A stretch of DNA of 64,000 bases from Trichoplax adhaerens. Its lineage: Eukaryota > Animalia > Placozoa. The position numbers and the translations under genes were made by a program. Positions within the stretch are counted from its first letter, which is position 1; every line of letters begins with the position of its first letter. The stretch spans positions 9,192,011 through 9,256,010 of the forward strand of contig NW_002060945.1 in NCBI RefSeq assembly GCF_000150275.1. The letters are read 5' to 3'. Below, one piece after another: positions 1-13,727 of the stretch. The notes below the pieces were generated by a model. The model was given only the letters and a program-made list of their open reading frames with translations. It had not been told where the DNA came from and did not search any database.

Positions 1-416
1 CTGCCTAAAACCTAGATTATTGTCATTGCATAATAATATGGAGTAAATCAAAGTTAACAACATTTACAGGAAATGAAAAATATAATTTCCTTGAAAGTCC
101 ACGCAATCACCTAATACTAGGCTCGTACTTGGCTGTATTTTTAGTTCTGATTCCTTATGAATTGTAATAAAAAATTGTCGATCATCTATGGAACCTTCTA
201 TTTTAATACTAGATCGTTTTTCTATAGGAATTCCGTATGATAAACTAGATTGCCTAATCGATTATTGCTATCATATTTCATAATATTGAAGTATGAACTT
301 TTCATGGCTGAATGCTTATAAAATAATACTATTCATCTTGATTTTTTTCTAAAGATTTAACGGTAGGAGATTTGAAATTATAGCACTATAATCGAAGAAC
401 AATTAAGAAGTGAAAA

Positions 417-2896
417 ATGCCGACAGCTTTCACCATTGGAATTATCCAAATAACCTCAGGTGTGGTCAGCACCATTTTGGCAATATTGGGATGGATACTA
501 CTAGATGAAATTCGTCATGAATATTTGTTAATTTCCACTGCTTTACCTACAATAGCGGTAAGTTTAGCATTTTTCGTCTAATATAAGTACATTGAGTATT
601 TAGGATAGAGAGCATACATTAACACAATTTATTTTTTACCAATTCCAGTGTGCATATTGTATATTCTGTTCGATACTCTTTTCATAACGTGTAAAGAAGT
701 TTAATTAATTAATATTACTTTTTATAATTTCACTGTAATGTATCGAATAGTAACGCAACCTTGATAAAATTTTAATTCACTCACTGATATTGCTGTAGAT
801 GTTCTTATGTGGTATGTGCGCCATCGGTTTCGTACGAAAATCTTTGCATTCTCTGGTAAGCTAGATCATGAGCTACAATCATGATACAATTTATGATATT
901 CAAATTCCGTGTCAACAGTTTCGCGGATGTTAGCAATTTTAAGACTTTATAGAGTTTAAACCTTTCAAAAGTCATCCTAAAAGAATTATGTTAAAGCAAA
1001 TAGAATCAGGAATAGATAAGCATGCATATAGTGCGTGAATCAACAATGAACTGTATTAACAATTTTCATTTTAATTTCATCTAGTTAATTGGCATCATAT
1101 TTTTTGCAACGATTTGCGTGGCTAGCGAGATTTTCAGTATTGCGTCTCACTCTTACATCATTTACATATTTTCAAGAAGGAATTCCAAAGTTGTCGAGCT
1201 AGCAGTTGCAAGTATTTCGCTTATTCTATCGTGTATTTTTGGAGTATTTAATGGCTATGTCATTATCAAGTTTGCTCGCTATCTCGTTACCGTCAATGCC
1301 TCATTCGAAGGAGACGCTACACAAAGTAATAATCAACAATCTGGAATGGCTTCCACTACAACCCCAGTCGACGCACACTTTCTGTTCTTCGGATTATTCG
1401 GCCCAGGCTTGTTTCAGCTAGTATCTGGAGGTGTTACACTTGTACTTGGTATAGTTAGTCTAGTAGTTCTTCAAGGAGGTTTTGCACCAGCTACCTGCTA
1501 TCTCGGAAGTATTGTAAGTATTCCACAAGACTAAACTGTTTTACGTAACCTGCAATCTTATAAGTACTAACACAATGATCGCCTAATTATTTCTCATATA
1601 TTTGCTGGATCGGGAATCAGATGATTGCGAGCGGTACCATTACTCATTTAACTCAAAAGTTAAGAAATATTAAATCATTGGTAATATCCCAATAAGTGAT
1701 TCTTATTTTTGCCGAAGAGTGTAGCAAACAGTATCATACAACTAAAATCATATATTTCCTTCTCCTGGTTTAGACTACCTGGTCTTTGATCACTTCGAAA
1801 TGGGCATGTCTTTGGTCTTTTGCTCTAATAGTTTCATCCACACTTTATCTCGTTTTTAACATCATTGGAAGACAAATTTTTGCGGCCTATATTGCATTTT
1901 ATGTTTTAGTCATGATAGCTGGTTTGCTTAATTTGGTGGGTTCAGCAATCATTACCTTCAAAATGGCGAGTTTGGAGGAAGTTCCAGTTTTCAAATTGAC
2001 GCTATTTAATCGATTACGAATGCCAATAACATCACAAAATATCACTTTTGGCATTACTTTATGCTGCTTTGGCTTTCTCTTTATAATTGTTACATTTATA
2101 GAACCTTTTGTTGGAATTCCAACACACCTACTATATACTTTCGCTACTGGCTGCCAGGTAAATAAATAGATAATAGGGAAATGCACTTATTCTAGAAAAG
2201 TTGCTGCGTGAATAGAATTCTTATCATTAACAAATTTTATTCTCTTTAATGCAATTGTAGTTAATATTAGCTGGCCAATTAGGCAATAACTTGGCATTTA
2301 AATATTCGGAAGATTTGGTACGTAGATATTATTAACGGCTATTCAATGTACTATAATTAATTTCTATCCGATATTGTGCTAGCAAGCGCTTGCTTTAATT
2401 AACATTCTACATTTAACGGATATTAACTACTTAGGTGGCGTCTTATTTTATCATAAATTTCATGGCATCGGCGTTTATTACAACTTATCTTGGATTACTA
2501 ATTGCTGAATATACATCACTGCCATTTATCTTAACACAAAGACCAGCATCAATAGCTATGGCTATAGTAAATTTTGTCTTAATAGCGCCTGCCTTAATTA
2601 TCAGCTTATATGAAACTGTAATTACTGGATATCGTTCAGGAATTTGTATCTGTGGAGACAGGCCTGCAATCGCTATGGTAAAATGCAGTTAATTTAGAAT
2701 TATTTCGTATATTGGTCCATGTTTTATAATAATTATATTAATTCTATACTCCCTATCGTAGATTGAGAATACTTATGATGCTAGCGAACAGGCTCAAGAA
2801 ACTAATTCACCAATAGACAATCTTAACCATACTTTTGCTATACAAGATGATACGAAACATTCCATTCAAGACATATCTGGAGAAACACAGATATAA
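417..2896 (+). CDS. Triple CD20/MS4A-like domain membrane protein (about 12 TM, 501 aa), paralog 1
   Basis: Eight GT-AG exons, all introns phase 0: 417-557, 799-855, 1085-1513, 1621-1680, 1774-2157, 2261-2317, 2435-2677, 2762-2896 (TAA). An in-frame TGA lies two codons before ATG417. There are three repeats of a TM1 motif (IGIIQITSG / PGLFQLVSG / FGITLCCFG), each followed by a 57-60 nt mini-exon (MFLCGMCAIGFVRKSLHSL, MIASGTITHLTQKLRNIKSL, LILAGQLGNNLAFKYSEDL). These resemble the 19-aa YIISGSL-type exon of vertebrate MS4A genes. The family call is by recognition, not a database search. Confidence 0.85.
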
Positions 2897-5800
2897 TCAA
2901 CGATTAAATAGGGCGTAAATTGAAGTTAAAACTTGCTTGACAAAATTAGAGGTCAATTGATGCTAATAGTTGTTATCATAGGTTTATTCATTGTGCATAA
3001 GTAGATTAGTGTGTATAAAGAATCTACTTAACTTCCTTATTATAATCGTAACTGGTATGCAAAACTATATTGATAGTCAATCTAACGGTAATATTCGACT
3101 ATAAATACGTACAGGTAATCGAAAGGACAAATGCATTATCTACATATGCAAAGTTCGACGTAAGTTTATGTTTTAAATTGGTCAGCTACTACAAGAGTGC
3201 GGTTAGTAAGCACGTCTAAAGCATCGGGCTACAACGTTTCTCTTTTTACGCGTTATCGAAAATGATTGTGTAGTTACTTTGCATTACCGTATCGTAAAAG
3301 ACAATTGGTGTAAATCCTTTAAACTTATCAGGTATTAATTTATTGAGGGTCGTTTAATATAGGTACCTATGAATTTGTGAACATACTGCTATTTAATATT
3401 CGAAAGGTTTTAACAGTATTTCATAGGTAGTTGTGTCGTAACCCACTGTGCAGCAATATCTTTTCAACCATGTCATACTTGTACAATATGTTCATACCAT
3501 AAATTTCGCACTTAGATGATCATATTGGTTTACGAGTTGTACTTATTAACTTTTGTTGCCATCAAGTTTGTAATCATAACAGTAATACCGTTGTAGCCCG
3601 TAGTAAATTGTAATTACTCAGAATCATATTGCACCTCGACTTGGATTGTTAATTGACTTCTGCCAACACCTTTAATAAATACGATACAGTGTGATGTATC
3701 AGAGTTTCACTAATACAATTTTGTTGCATTCAATTACTTGGCTTTAATGAGTACTTTGAAGATTAACGAGGACGATGATATGTAAATGCTGTGTATATAA
3801 CATATATATTAATCATTTCGCAAATACTAGATAACTGTATCTCTCAATTTCTTATATTTTTGTTATACATGACAACCTCGTCTTGCATGGTCAACATTAA
3901 CTAGATTGGTAGTCTATATAGGACATCAACCTCACTTTGTTCATTAACTAGTAGTAGATTATACTAGCTATTATATTTATCTCGAGATGTATTTGTTTGA
4001 AACTTAGCAAGAGCAGTAATATAGAAATGCTGATAGCTATTAAAATTTGATATTTGCTACGATGTCAACCAACAAATGCAATCATGCCATAATATTTTAC
4101 TAAAAGAGTTCTATAGAGTAGTACTAGGATTAAATATTAAATATTCATTCATGATCGATGTAGAATTTCAGTCCTTATTCTATTCTAACAATTGATTATG
4201 AGTACAAACCGAACTTACTAGAAATTTACATTTGCTATGCATGCCATAAGAATTAATGCAAACGTTACCATCATTAGTAATTCATTTTACCAAAAATAAT
4301 ATGTATAACAATAATGGATAATTTATTAATCGACATATTTTAGCTGAAGCTTAAATTAAGATTTAACATTTGCTGCACTTGTTAAAAATCTCGAGATTTC
4401 ACCAGTGGTGTAATTTTTTGTAGCTTGTTTCAATTAGATAGATATTAACTGGGAATTTGCAATTCCATACGCGCTCACTGAGCAACAAATGAAATCATTA
4501 CTAAAGTACAATTAATATTAGATCCTTTATTTACAGATATTAATAAAGCAATCATGAATTAAAATTGATATGTCACATTATCATAAAGTATGCTAGTCAG
4601 GTTAAAATCGATTAAATTAACGTAGCAACTTATATAATATTTACTACTAAAATCTGACATAAGTCTTTATTGTTGATTACAAGCAAGACATCCATCATCG
4701 GAATGAAACATTATTGAAAAAGAAAACAAAGTGATGATTACAGTAATAGAGTATCTTTGCATTAACTATTTCGAAATAGGCTGATCAATTATAATTAAAT
4801 AAACAATAAAATAGTATTTAATATAAAATTGATGTAGATAGTCGAGTTGTAAAGTCTCTATTGCCAATCAATAACTGAAAAAATTTTGTCTATCATAAAC
4901 TAACCTCAATGAACGTCCTGTATTCCACTTTGAAAGGAATATCATCATGGTATTCATTTATAGCCACAATAATCGTAAACTGTGTAAGACAATACAAATT
5001 ACTTTCAATGATTGCAATTTAACCTACATTGTCTACCTAAGTTGAATAACAAGATGGTAAAATTAAAGCGTGTATAAGAAGTACAATATCAAGAGCGATC
5101 AATATTTAATTAATGCAGCTGGAATTTGGATTTGATATGCGATACTGAATGCCTATCATTGTTTAAATTGTATATAAAAGTATTTAGCTAAGAGAAATAC
5201 GGTACCTACTCGAATAAGGTGAAAGAAAAGATATCATCCTTGTTCAATATTGCCTATGATGGCTTTAGGCAGTTGCAAGTAATTGGTATATTTTAAATAA
5301 TTTAAGCTCTTATTTCAGTTAATCAGTATATTGCCGATAAAGGCGTGATTAAAAATAACCTTACTGGCTGTTCGATTAAAAACGGAGTTGGCAAGCATTT
5401 CAAAATAATTTTGACTGTAGTAAAGGTGTAATCAACGGTCGTTATTATTCACAATTAGGTTTAAGCCATGCTGAAGAATATTTTAAAATATTCTAGACAA
5501 TTTCTTTTTCAAAATATATCAGTATAGATTATACCGATTTGTTAACACACACGACAATTGCGGAGTATCAGCATCAGTCATGGTTGATATTCATAGAAAA
5601 GCATTAGAGATAAAATAATTCAGACTTTTTCTTAGTGTATACAAGCAACAAAAGGTGCGATCGAATAACAATCATAACCGATGATTCAAATGGAGCCAGG
5701 GGTAAAATCGTCGGAAAAGAAAGAATTCAGTAGTCTTTCTTAGAATTTCTATCATTCAACGAGCAGTACGATCAAAAACCGCAAAACCTCGGATTAGAAC

Positions 5801-7202
5801 TAGAGGTGGGAGCAATTAGAGAATCATTTTCGATTCTTAGCATGCATATGTTGCAGATGACAAAAAGGCTAAATTTAATTGCAGTTATTGCTAATAATGA
5901 AGTTACTGTGAGTTGAATATTAATTTTACTAGATTAATAAGGAACCCTCTAGCTACGAAGATTGAAAGAGAAATGAAAAAAGACGTGATAGCTCTAGCTG
6001 ATCGATAACTGACAAGTAATTGCAACTTCTGCTACTAGTTCCATTAGAGTATTACGATCAGCCTTGGGTCTTGACATTTTCAAGATTAGCAAGACAACAG
6101 CTAAGATAAGTGAAGATCAAGAATCTATATGATAAACTCTATTTACTTACCAATCATGCCTTATTTCTGCTACAATCATTGAAAATTCATTTCTACCTAT
6201 CTTATGCAAACATATAGTACCCTAAAAATAATTACTTTGGGCTACTGTATTTCACCTATCTTAACTCAAGGTCGATCCTTTTTAGCGAGCAATTATCGTG
6301 GACGTATACTATCGTATAGCCCCATGAAAGTGAGCGAAAAAAGAAAAGAATGTCAACATATTTCTTCCTAGAAGCAAATCAAAAGTGGTTGGGATGGAAA
6401 AATTTCTTTCTTACGAATACAATCCAATGATTTCAATGTAATGGTTACTATCCACTATTTTACTATTGAACTTTATATAGCTATAGCTTGGCTATTTTTT
6501 CCCTTTATCTACATTCAACCTGAATGTTATTGTTTTATTATTGATTAAATTATAATCTAATTGATAACAGTCTAGTTGAATACAATCATTGACAATTAAT
6601 TAATATTGTTGATAAGATAAAATAGTCTAGATATAAACGAAACAAGTCATCAACAAAATAACAGACAATGCCATTGTTTTAAACAAACTTCAACTTATCT
6701 CAATTGAGTAGTCGATGAAAAATTATTTAGTTACAGGCCTTGCGCGATTAAAGCTGATTCAATTCTACTGATTTAAGAGCTATTTTCCCCTTGATTTAAG
6801 ATTGGCTATCTTGAATAATCAATATCGGTATCTTTTTCCAACCCCAATGAAGTCATCGAAAGTAAGCTAGTAGCTTAGAACAGAAGAGCAAATACCAACA
6901 AACCTATTGAACTACCGTAGTCAAGAAAAAATAATAAAGATTAAGAATTTGGAAAGACTGCCATAAATAAAATTGACTATGGTCATTCGATTCAAGTTAT
7001 AGTGATTGGACTTCAGTATTTTTTAAAAGGTGAGTTAAAAATGAACTGAGCGATAGAAATAAGAGAGAGTAGGTAACTGAGATAGCCTAAGGATGTTTTT
7101 ATACGTAAATTTTATTCTATTTTGTCATTGGTAAAGTCTAATTTCTTAGATTACTCTAAAAGAAGAATATATTCAATCATTATCTCTTTATTAATTCTAT
7201 CT

Positions 7203-8020
7203 ACTCTTTGAAAGAGAAAAATTGATCAAGCAAATTATCATGAATAAAAGCAAAGTGGTAATATCACAACATAACACAAATTCTACTATAGTATGTTTAA
7301 ATTACAGTAAAAGCAATGGATCAATGATTGATCCTCTCTCTCATCAAATGATCAGAAGTCAGATTCTAATCGAGTTATACAGGAGAGTAAAATTCGAAAA
7401 CGACAATAATATAGATCGCTAATGACAATTACGACATGAAAGAGAAATCTAGATGCAGTACATTACAAGGAAAAATAAGATGGCAGTACACAACATACAA
7501 CTTCTATCTTAGTAGTTTTAAACTATAGGATCAACAATTGATAGATTCATTTATCTTTCATCTTTTCACTTCAATGATTACAAATTAGTCCAATCGATTG
7601 GTAAATAAATGTCAATATAGCGAAAGATAAGACTCAAATTTTATATCGTCATGTTAAACGATAGTCCAAGCACTTGTTCGGTTAATTCTTCTTCTATCTT
7701 CTTGCTTAAACGATTGGAAATTAGTTCCGTATTGATACATAAAAAATTAGTCTAAACTTAGTAAATGACACAACGTAACACAAAATCTACATTAAACGTT
7801 TCAAACTGTAATACAAGTAATTGATGAATTGATTCTTCTTTCATCTTCTCATTTAAATCATCGGAACTAAGATACGTTCGATTTAAATAAGTATAAATTT
7901 AAAAATTGACAACATTAATGGTAGTCTGCATTTACTTTTGGAAAGAAAAAAACCGATCAAGAAAGTTATAATGAATAATAGTAAGGTGACAATATCACAA
8001 CATCACGTTAATTCTGCAGA
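7203..8020. repeat. Diverged ~85 bp direct duplication (7203-7290 and 7931-8018)
   Basis: tttgaaagagaaaaattgatcaagcaaattatcatgaataaaagcaaagtggtaatatcacaacat aligns with tttggaaagaaaaaaaccgatcaagaaagttataatgaataatagtaaggtgacaatatcacaacat. Confidence 0.6.
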
Positions 8021-10464
8021 TGCTATTTCAAATTACGACAAGAGGAGTTGATTTATTGAATTCTTCCTTGACCTTCTCACCTATGTCATATGTAAAGACC
8101 GAAAACAGTGTTTGTAAACGATCTTTCATTTTTAATAAAATAGAACATCCCTGATCATTATATATATATAACATAACATATACATATTGTTTATAGTCTC
8201 CTGTCTTCATTGAATGCCATTTAGATCACAAATACCTTAATAAGGGCTTAATGATACAACATTAAAAGATGGCAAGATCATTAACAGCTCTAGATTTCAC
8301 TCACTATGCAAGCAAATATTTCTTCCCTATTTGTGAAGTAGGAACAACTACGATACTTTTCGTCTTTTCACACTCTATTTTGATCATCAATGGAAAAGAA
8401 ATAAAGTAGATGAAGATATTTATAGCCAAGAAGTAATTAATAAATCGAGTAATTACATTTTGGTTTGATGGATTTCCACTAACTGGCGCTCTTTAAAAAT
8501 ACTCCAGTATAGCTACAGCATAGAAATGACGTACATTTTATCATCTTTTTCGTGTTCACTTTTGCTTTAAGAATGAAGAATTAGAATTAGCTAGAGATAG
8601 TGATGAAATGATGCTAAGGCTAGAAGATAGGTTACTCTCTATTACATAATATCAATCCAGACCGATTTATCTTTTTCATATTATATCCAATCACTATTAA
8701 AGTATTGGCGTATAACGAAGCAGACTCATCTATTTCAATCAGACATGTATTAAACTAGATTTTTGCCTATAGTACAAAATCATCTTTAAACACGAATATT
8801 TCCATTTTTGATTATAACTTTTTATACTCAGCAGAAGAGGAAATAATGAAATCGAATTACGAGAGCCATTATAGTATCACTTTATGCCCTTAAATGTAGT
8901 AGCATTCAAGCTATTAAAACTATCATTAGCTCTACTCGTTTTATGATGGTATAGTGATCAACGATATTTCATAATTTTCGACCTTATTTATGGTAAATAC
9001 AGCTAGCTTTTTCGGTCGTATAAATTAACTCTAGTGCCTCCGCACTTATTCATCATTAATTAATAGCTATAAAAGCGAATTACTCATATTATTGATGGCT
9101 TTATTACTCCAGTTGAGATACTGGAAGACTTTTACTAAATGTAGCAAACTAACCGCAGTCGTATTAATTTCTTGAGCGCCTAACTTTCAATTTACTCAGT
9201 TAAAACATGATTTTTGACCCTTACTTACCCAATCCTTTAGCAGTGGTATTAAGATGGTGATTTAGAATCAAATAGGTTTCTAAAATAATAGTAAAATGAC
9301 GGATGAGCAAGATGTTAGAATTAAATTTTTATCTTAATCTAGACACGGATAATAGTAAGATTCTATCAGAAATTGACTTTTCAATCCTTTTAAGATAAGA
9401 TGGATAATTACCCGCATTATTCTGTTTACTGACGATCTTTCGAATAAATTTTAGAACAAGTTAGAATAATCATTACCGCAAACATTCACGATTGAATTTT
9501 AATGAATACTATTTTATAGTCAGAAAGCTATGTGATAATCATAATCTAAACGTGATTCCCTCATCACTTCTCATCATAATGACTGATTTATGATCGACTC
9601 ATGTGAAGTAATTGTGGAATAAATCCAAATAGAAATATTATCTAAATATGCACTCGATTTAAAAATAATTATCGATGATGATTATTGCTAGTTAACCATA
9701 CCCTGGATAATACGAATTAATCATAGAGAAAGAGGTATAGATAATCGAATAATTATGATCAATCACGATCAATAAGTATAGATGATATAAAGTTATGATG
9801 GAGATGAAAATCTTTAATCTATAAGTTGCTTTTGTAAACGATTGTTCGTTATTCATTTGAAAGGTTAGAATTGGTATCAGCATGAGATAATCATCTTATA
9901 GAATTTCTAGAAATCTGCATGATCTTATGGTACGCGTGTTATTGCCTCTACATATGCTCGATTTTTCTACTCATGATTAAATTCAGTTTATCCTTAACCC
10001 TTAAAATACGTACCCGTAAAATATTAGCTTTAAAAGTTAGTATTTGCTGGTAAGCAATAGCAGAAATAACTCCAGAAAGCACAATTAGAATATCACTATC
10101 TTGATACCGGTATACCTACATTCGATTTCCTTGATCATAATGAAATTGAATTCCACTTTGGCTTAATAATATACATACATAGAAACCAATGCCTGTTAAA
10201 TACCAGCATTATTAGATTCTTTGGATAATTAGTTGAAGAAATGGGTTTAAAAAATATTGCATTTGCGAAATTTGCCTTTTAAAGTCTTATTTTAAATATA
10301 TGTTATGATATCCTGTATCCGATTACACACCCTAGACGATCCGCGGTTATATAAATCATTTTCCTTTAAATGATAATAGAGTCACAGATTTACATTTTGA
10401 ATTAAAAAGATTGGAAATGATTTCCAAGTAGAATAGAGTAAATTAACGCAAATCGTCAAGGGTA

Positions 10465-10760
10465 ACTATAAAACTAGACTATAAGCCAAAATGGTTAGAA
10501 TGAAGCGAAACTAAATGCGGTAATCAAGAATGATCATAAAATTAGACTATAAGCTAAAACTGCTACCAATGACCTACAATAGAACAAACCAAGTAAATCA
10601 TCAAAAATATTAAAAAAACTAGGCTATTGATCAAAAGAATTAGGATGATACATATATAAGCGGAATAGCATGAGGCTAAATAAGTTATCAAAAATAGCAA
10701 TAAAATCTGAATATACCTAGGCTAAAATGGTTACCATGAAATACAAGCAGAATATTGCAA
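10465..10760. repeat. Degenerate tandem repeat, unit roughly 70-100 bp
   Basis: The motif actagactataagccaaaatggttagaatga recurs as attagactataagctaaaactgctaccaatga, actaggctattgatcaaaagaattaggatga and cctaggctaaaatggttaccatga. Confidence 0.5.
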
Positions 10761-13215
10761 GTATAGTAAATCATCATTAAGCTCATCTGCAGAGCTTATA
10801 ATCTCAAATCTTACATACGATGATTAATCGAGTGTCAGTATTATTCATATCGAGTAAATATGATGTGAAAAATCTGCGGTAGCATAAATTATTTCTATCA
10901 AAATAAATCTAGAACTGCTCGTGTAAAATCCGATTGCAAGAGAAATAGCTGGAATGATAGTGAGTAGAACATAGTAAGGCATATTATCACTATTACTATA
11001 AATAATTCAACCATTGGCTATAGTTTAGCTTATTAATTAAGATTATACTTTATAGCTTTTATAATGAAGATTGTAATCGTTTAAGTATTAAAAGAGGGGA
11101 GTTTCTGACGATACTACTATAAGATATTCATCTTTAAAATACGAAAAAAGGTGGACGATAAAAGATAGGTAGTATTTCTTAGAATCTTTGCTAAAGCATC
11201 GGTATTTCCATACCGACTTAAATAACAGACTGTATATCACTTTTTACTTTAGATTGTTTAATTTAATGCTGATAAATAGTTTTGCCATGGTAATAGTAAA
11301 ACTGATGCATACACACACTAAAACATTTCCCGATTTACAACAATTTAAAAGTAGCAAGATTAACTGATATAATGGATGATGAGACTCCAATGACTTTTAC
11401 TCTATTTTAGCGACTTTATTTGTAAGATATTTTACAAATTATCGTCAATTTACGGATGTCACGCAGCCTTTATTCATTTTCTACATAAGTTTTATTCTAC
11501 AAGCACAGGAATTATGAGAGCATGGATTGGTTCATTGTCCTTTTCTGAAAATAAAATTGTTAGCTGCTACGTTAGTAAGGTTTAAAGTTGAATAAACCAC
11601 CATCAGATTGATCAGGAGTGATTATTTAAACTTAATTTGTTTTGTATGGTATAACTTTATTCATCTGCCCGAAAAACTCTTAATTAAAGCTATTTTGCTA
11701 TCCTCATTTATGCCGTAGTAATTACGCGGAAAAACTACAAAGATGGAGGAATGACTGATTATTTGTATATTATATATATATACATTATTAGCACTTCAAG
11801 TAACCCATCACACCCAAAATTCTCAAAAATATGCTCTGACGAGGTAAAATTAAGCAGAGATTTTATACTCACTATCAGAAAATGATTGATCATCTTTATA
11901 TATTACTATCATTCTTATTAATCTACTCTATCAATTCGTTATAAACACACTCCCAAAATGTAAATTAAACGAGTGTAGATGGATCTGCATACCATTTTTC
12001 TATTTCATTAGCACTCTTTTAACGTATTAAATTAAATTTCTTCAAGTATCTTCTTACGATTCATTGGTCATATCCATTTTTAATACTCATATGAAACTGT
12101 CAAGTTTGATCTGTTCTGATGACGCCAAATAAACACTCATCTGGTTAAAAGCCAAATTCATCACATTTTTACAGATAAAGGCTAAATAAATCTATAAATC
12201 AAGAACTTTCTACTGAAATAATCAATTAAAGCTAAAAAGAATAAAATATTTACTATTAAAGTTATGATAACTAAGTTATATAATATCTAGATTGCCCATT
12301 TCCGTATGGCAGCTCCAGAAATAATGAACAGCATCAGGAAGGAAATGCTATATACGCTTATTAAATTAATTAAATGTCTAGAAAGATCACTATTTTCTTT
12401 TCATTTCCTACTATACAATCCTCGATTTGATCAGGTAATATTTTGACTGGATTTTTCCATCATCAACTTTCTTTGCATTGATTCGATTATTTCCATCAGA
12501 ATTAGCCTAGATGAATATGCTATTTGTTCTAGCCTGGAACAAGATAAATTTGAAAATGGTGGATACGCATTGTTTATAAAATTAAATTAATGCAATTCTA
12601 TTCTATCACTATTTTCCTCTATAAAGAAAATATCTCAAACATGCCTACCATTATGTACCCGCATATCCTTCCTTTTATCCTGTTTATTCCCACCAATTTC
12701 AAAGAATAACGATAACTTACAGTATTCTACCTACTTAATCCTGTATAATAATTATAGACAACGGATAATAATTAATCAATATAAGCTTTGTCGCCTTTTT
12801 ACTATCTCTCATTAAATGTTTAAACTTTTCAATTATTTCCAATAATTCGATTTATGTCATTTGTATCTAAAACTTCTTTATAACTAGACGAGAATCCTCC
12901 TTGTCCAGTATCAACTAACAATAGCAAATTTACAAGCATTTTCCATCACAGGACTGAGAATATGCTGTCTTATTTTATCACCATTACTTTAACTTTTATT
13001 TCAATATCAGATTCTTAATGACTGATAAGAATTACTTTTTAATGCGGTATCTTTGACAACAGGAGAGTTTATAAATGCTTTCATTTTTATTGCTGAAGAT
13101 ATGTAAAATGGACTATTCGATCCCATTATTTTTATTTCGATCTTTATCAACTTCAAATTCTTGATAGTCAATTAGTGATAACCAAATTATATATTATGGC
13201 ATATTTACCGAGATT

Positions 13216-13560
13216 ATCAATCCAAGCCAAGATATAATTAAACAGAGAAATACCTTGATTGATATTTTATACCGATACTTTTCATTGAGTTATTCGCTAC
13301 AATCTTTTTAATATGTTAATCGTTTAATACTACATCATTCTGTATCGCTAATTGTCCGAATAGCTTATAATACATTAGAATTGCAGAAATCTATGATCCA
13401 AGCCAAACCTTACAATATAATAGTTAAATGTATCGATAAATATTTTATATCAATACTTTTCGTCTTGCTATTAGTTATAATATCTTAATTTATCTATCAT
13501 TTAATATTTCGTATAATTATACTTGACTTATTACTTAGATCGTTGAATTATTCAGTATGC
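13216..13560. repeat. Diverged two-copy tandem duplication, period ~177 bp, upstream of paralog 2
   Basis: atccaagccaag...tattttataccgatactttt near 13220 and atccaagccaaa...tattttatatcaatactttt near 13396. Confidence 0.55.
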
Positions 13561-13727
13561 TCGTATACATTATAATCTTTTTTCCATTCCTATAGTCCCA
13601 AAAGATCATCGACACAAACACTTCAGCTAAAAATAATTGTATGATCTGCTAAACAACTATTGTTATCAGATATTCCTAAATTATTGCAAGAAAGGAAAAA
13701 CAACCACCATCTAGAGTAAATCTAAAG

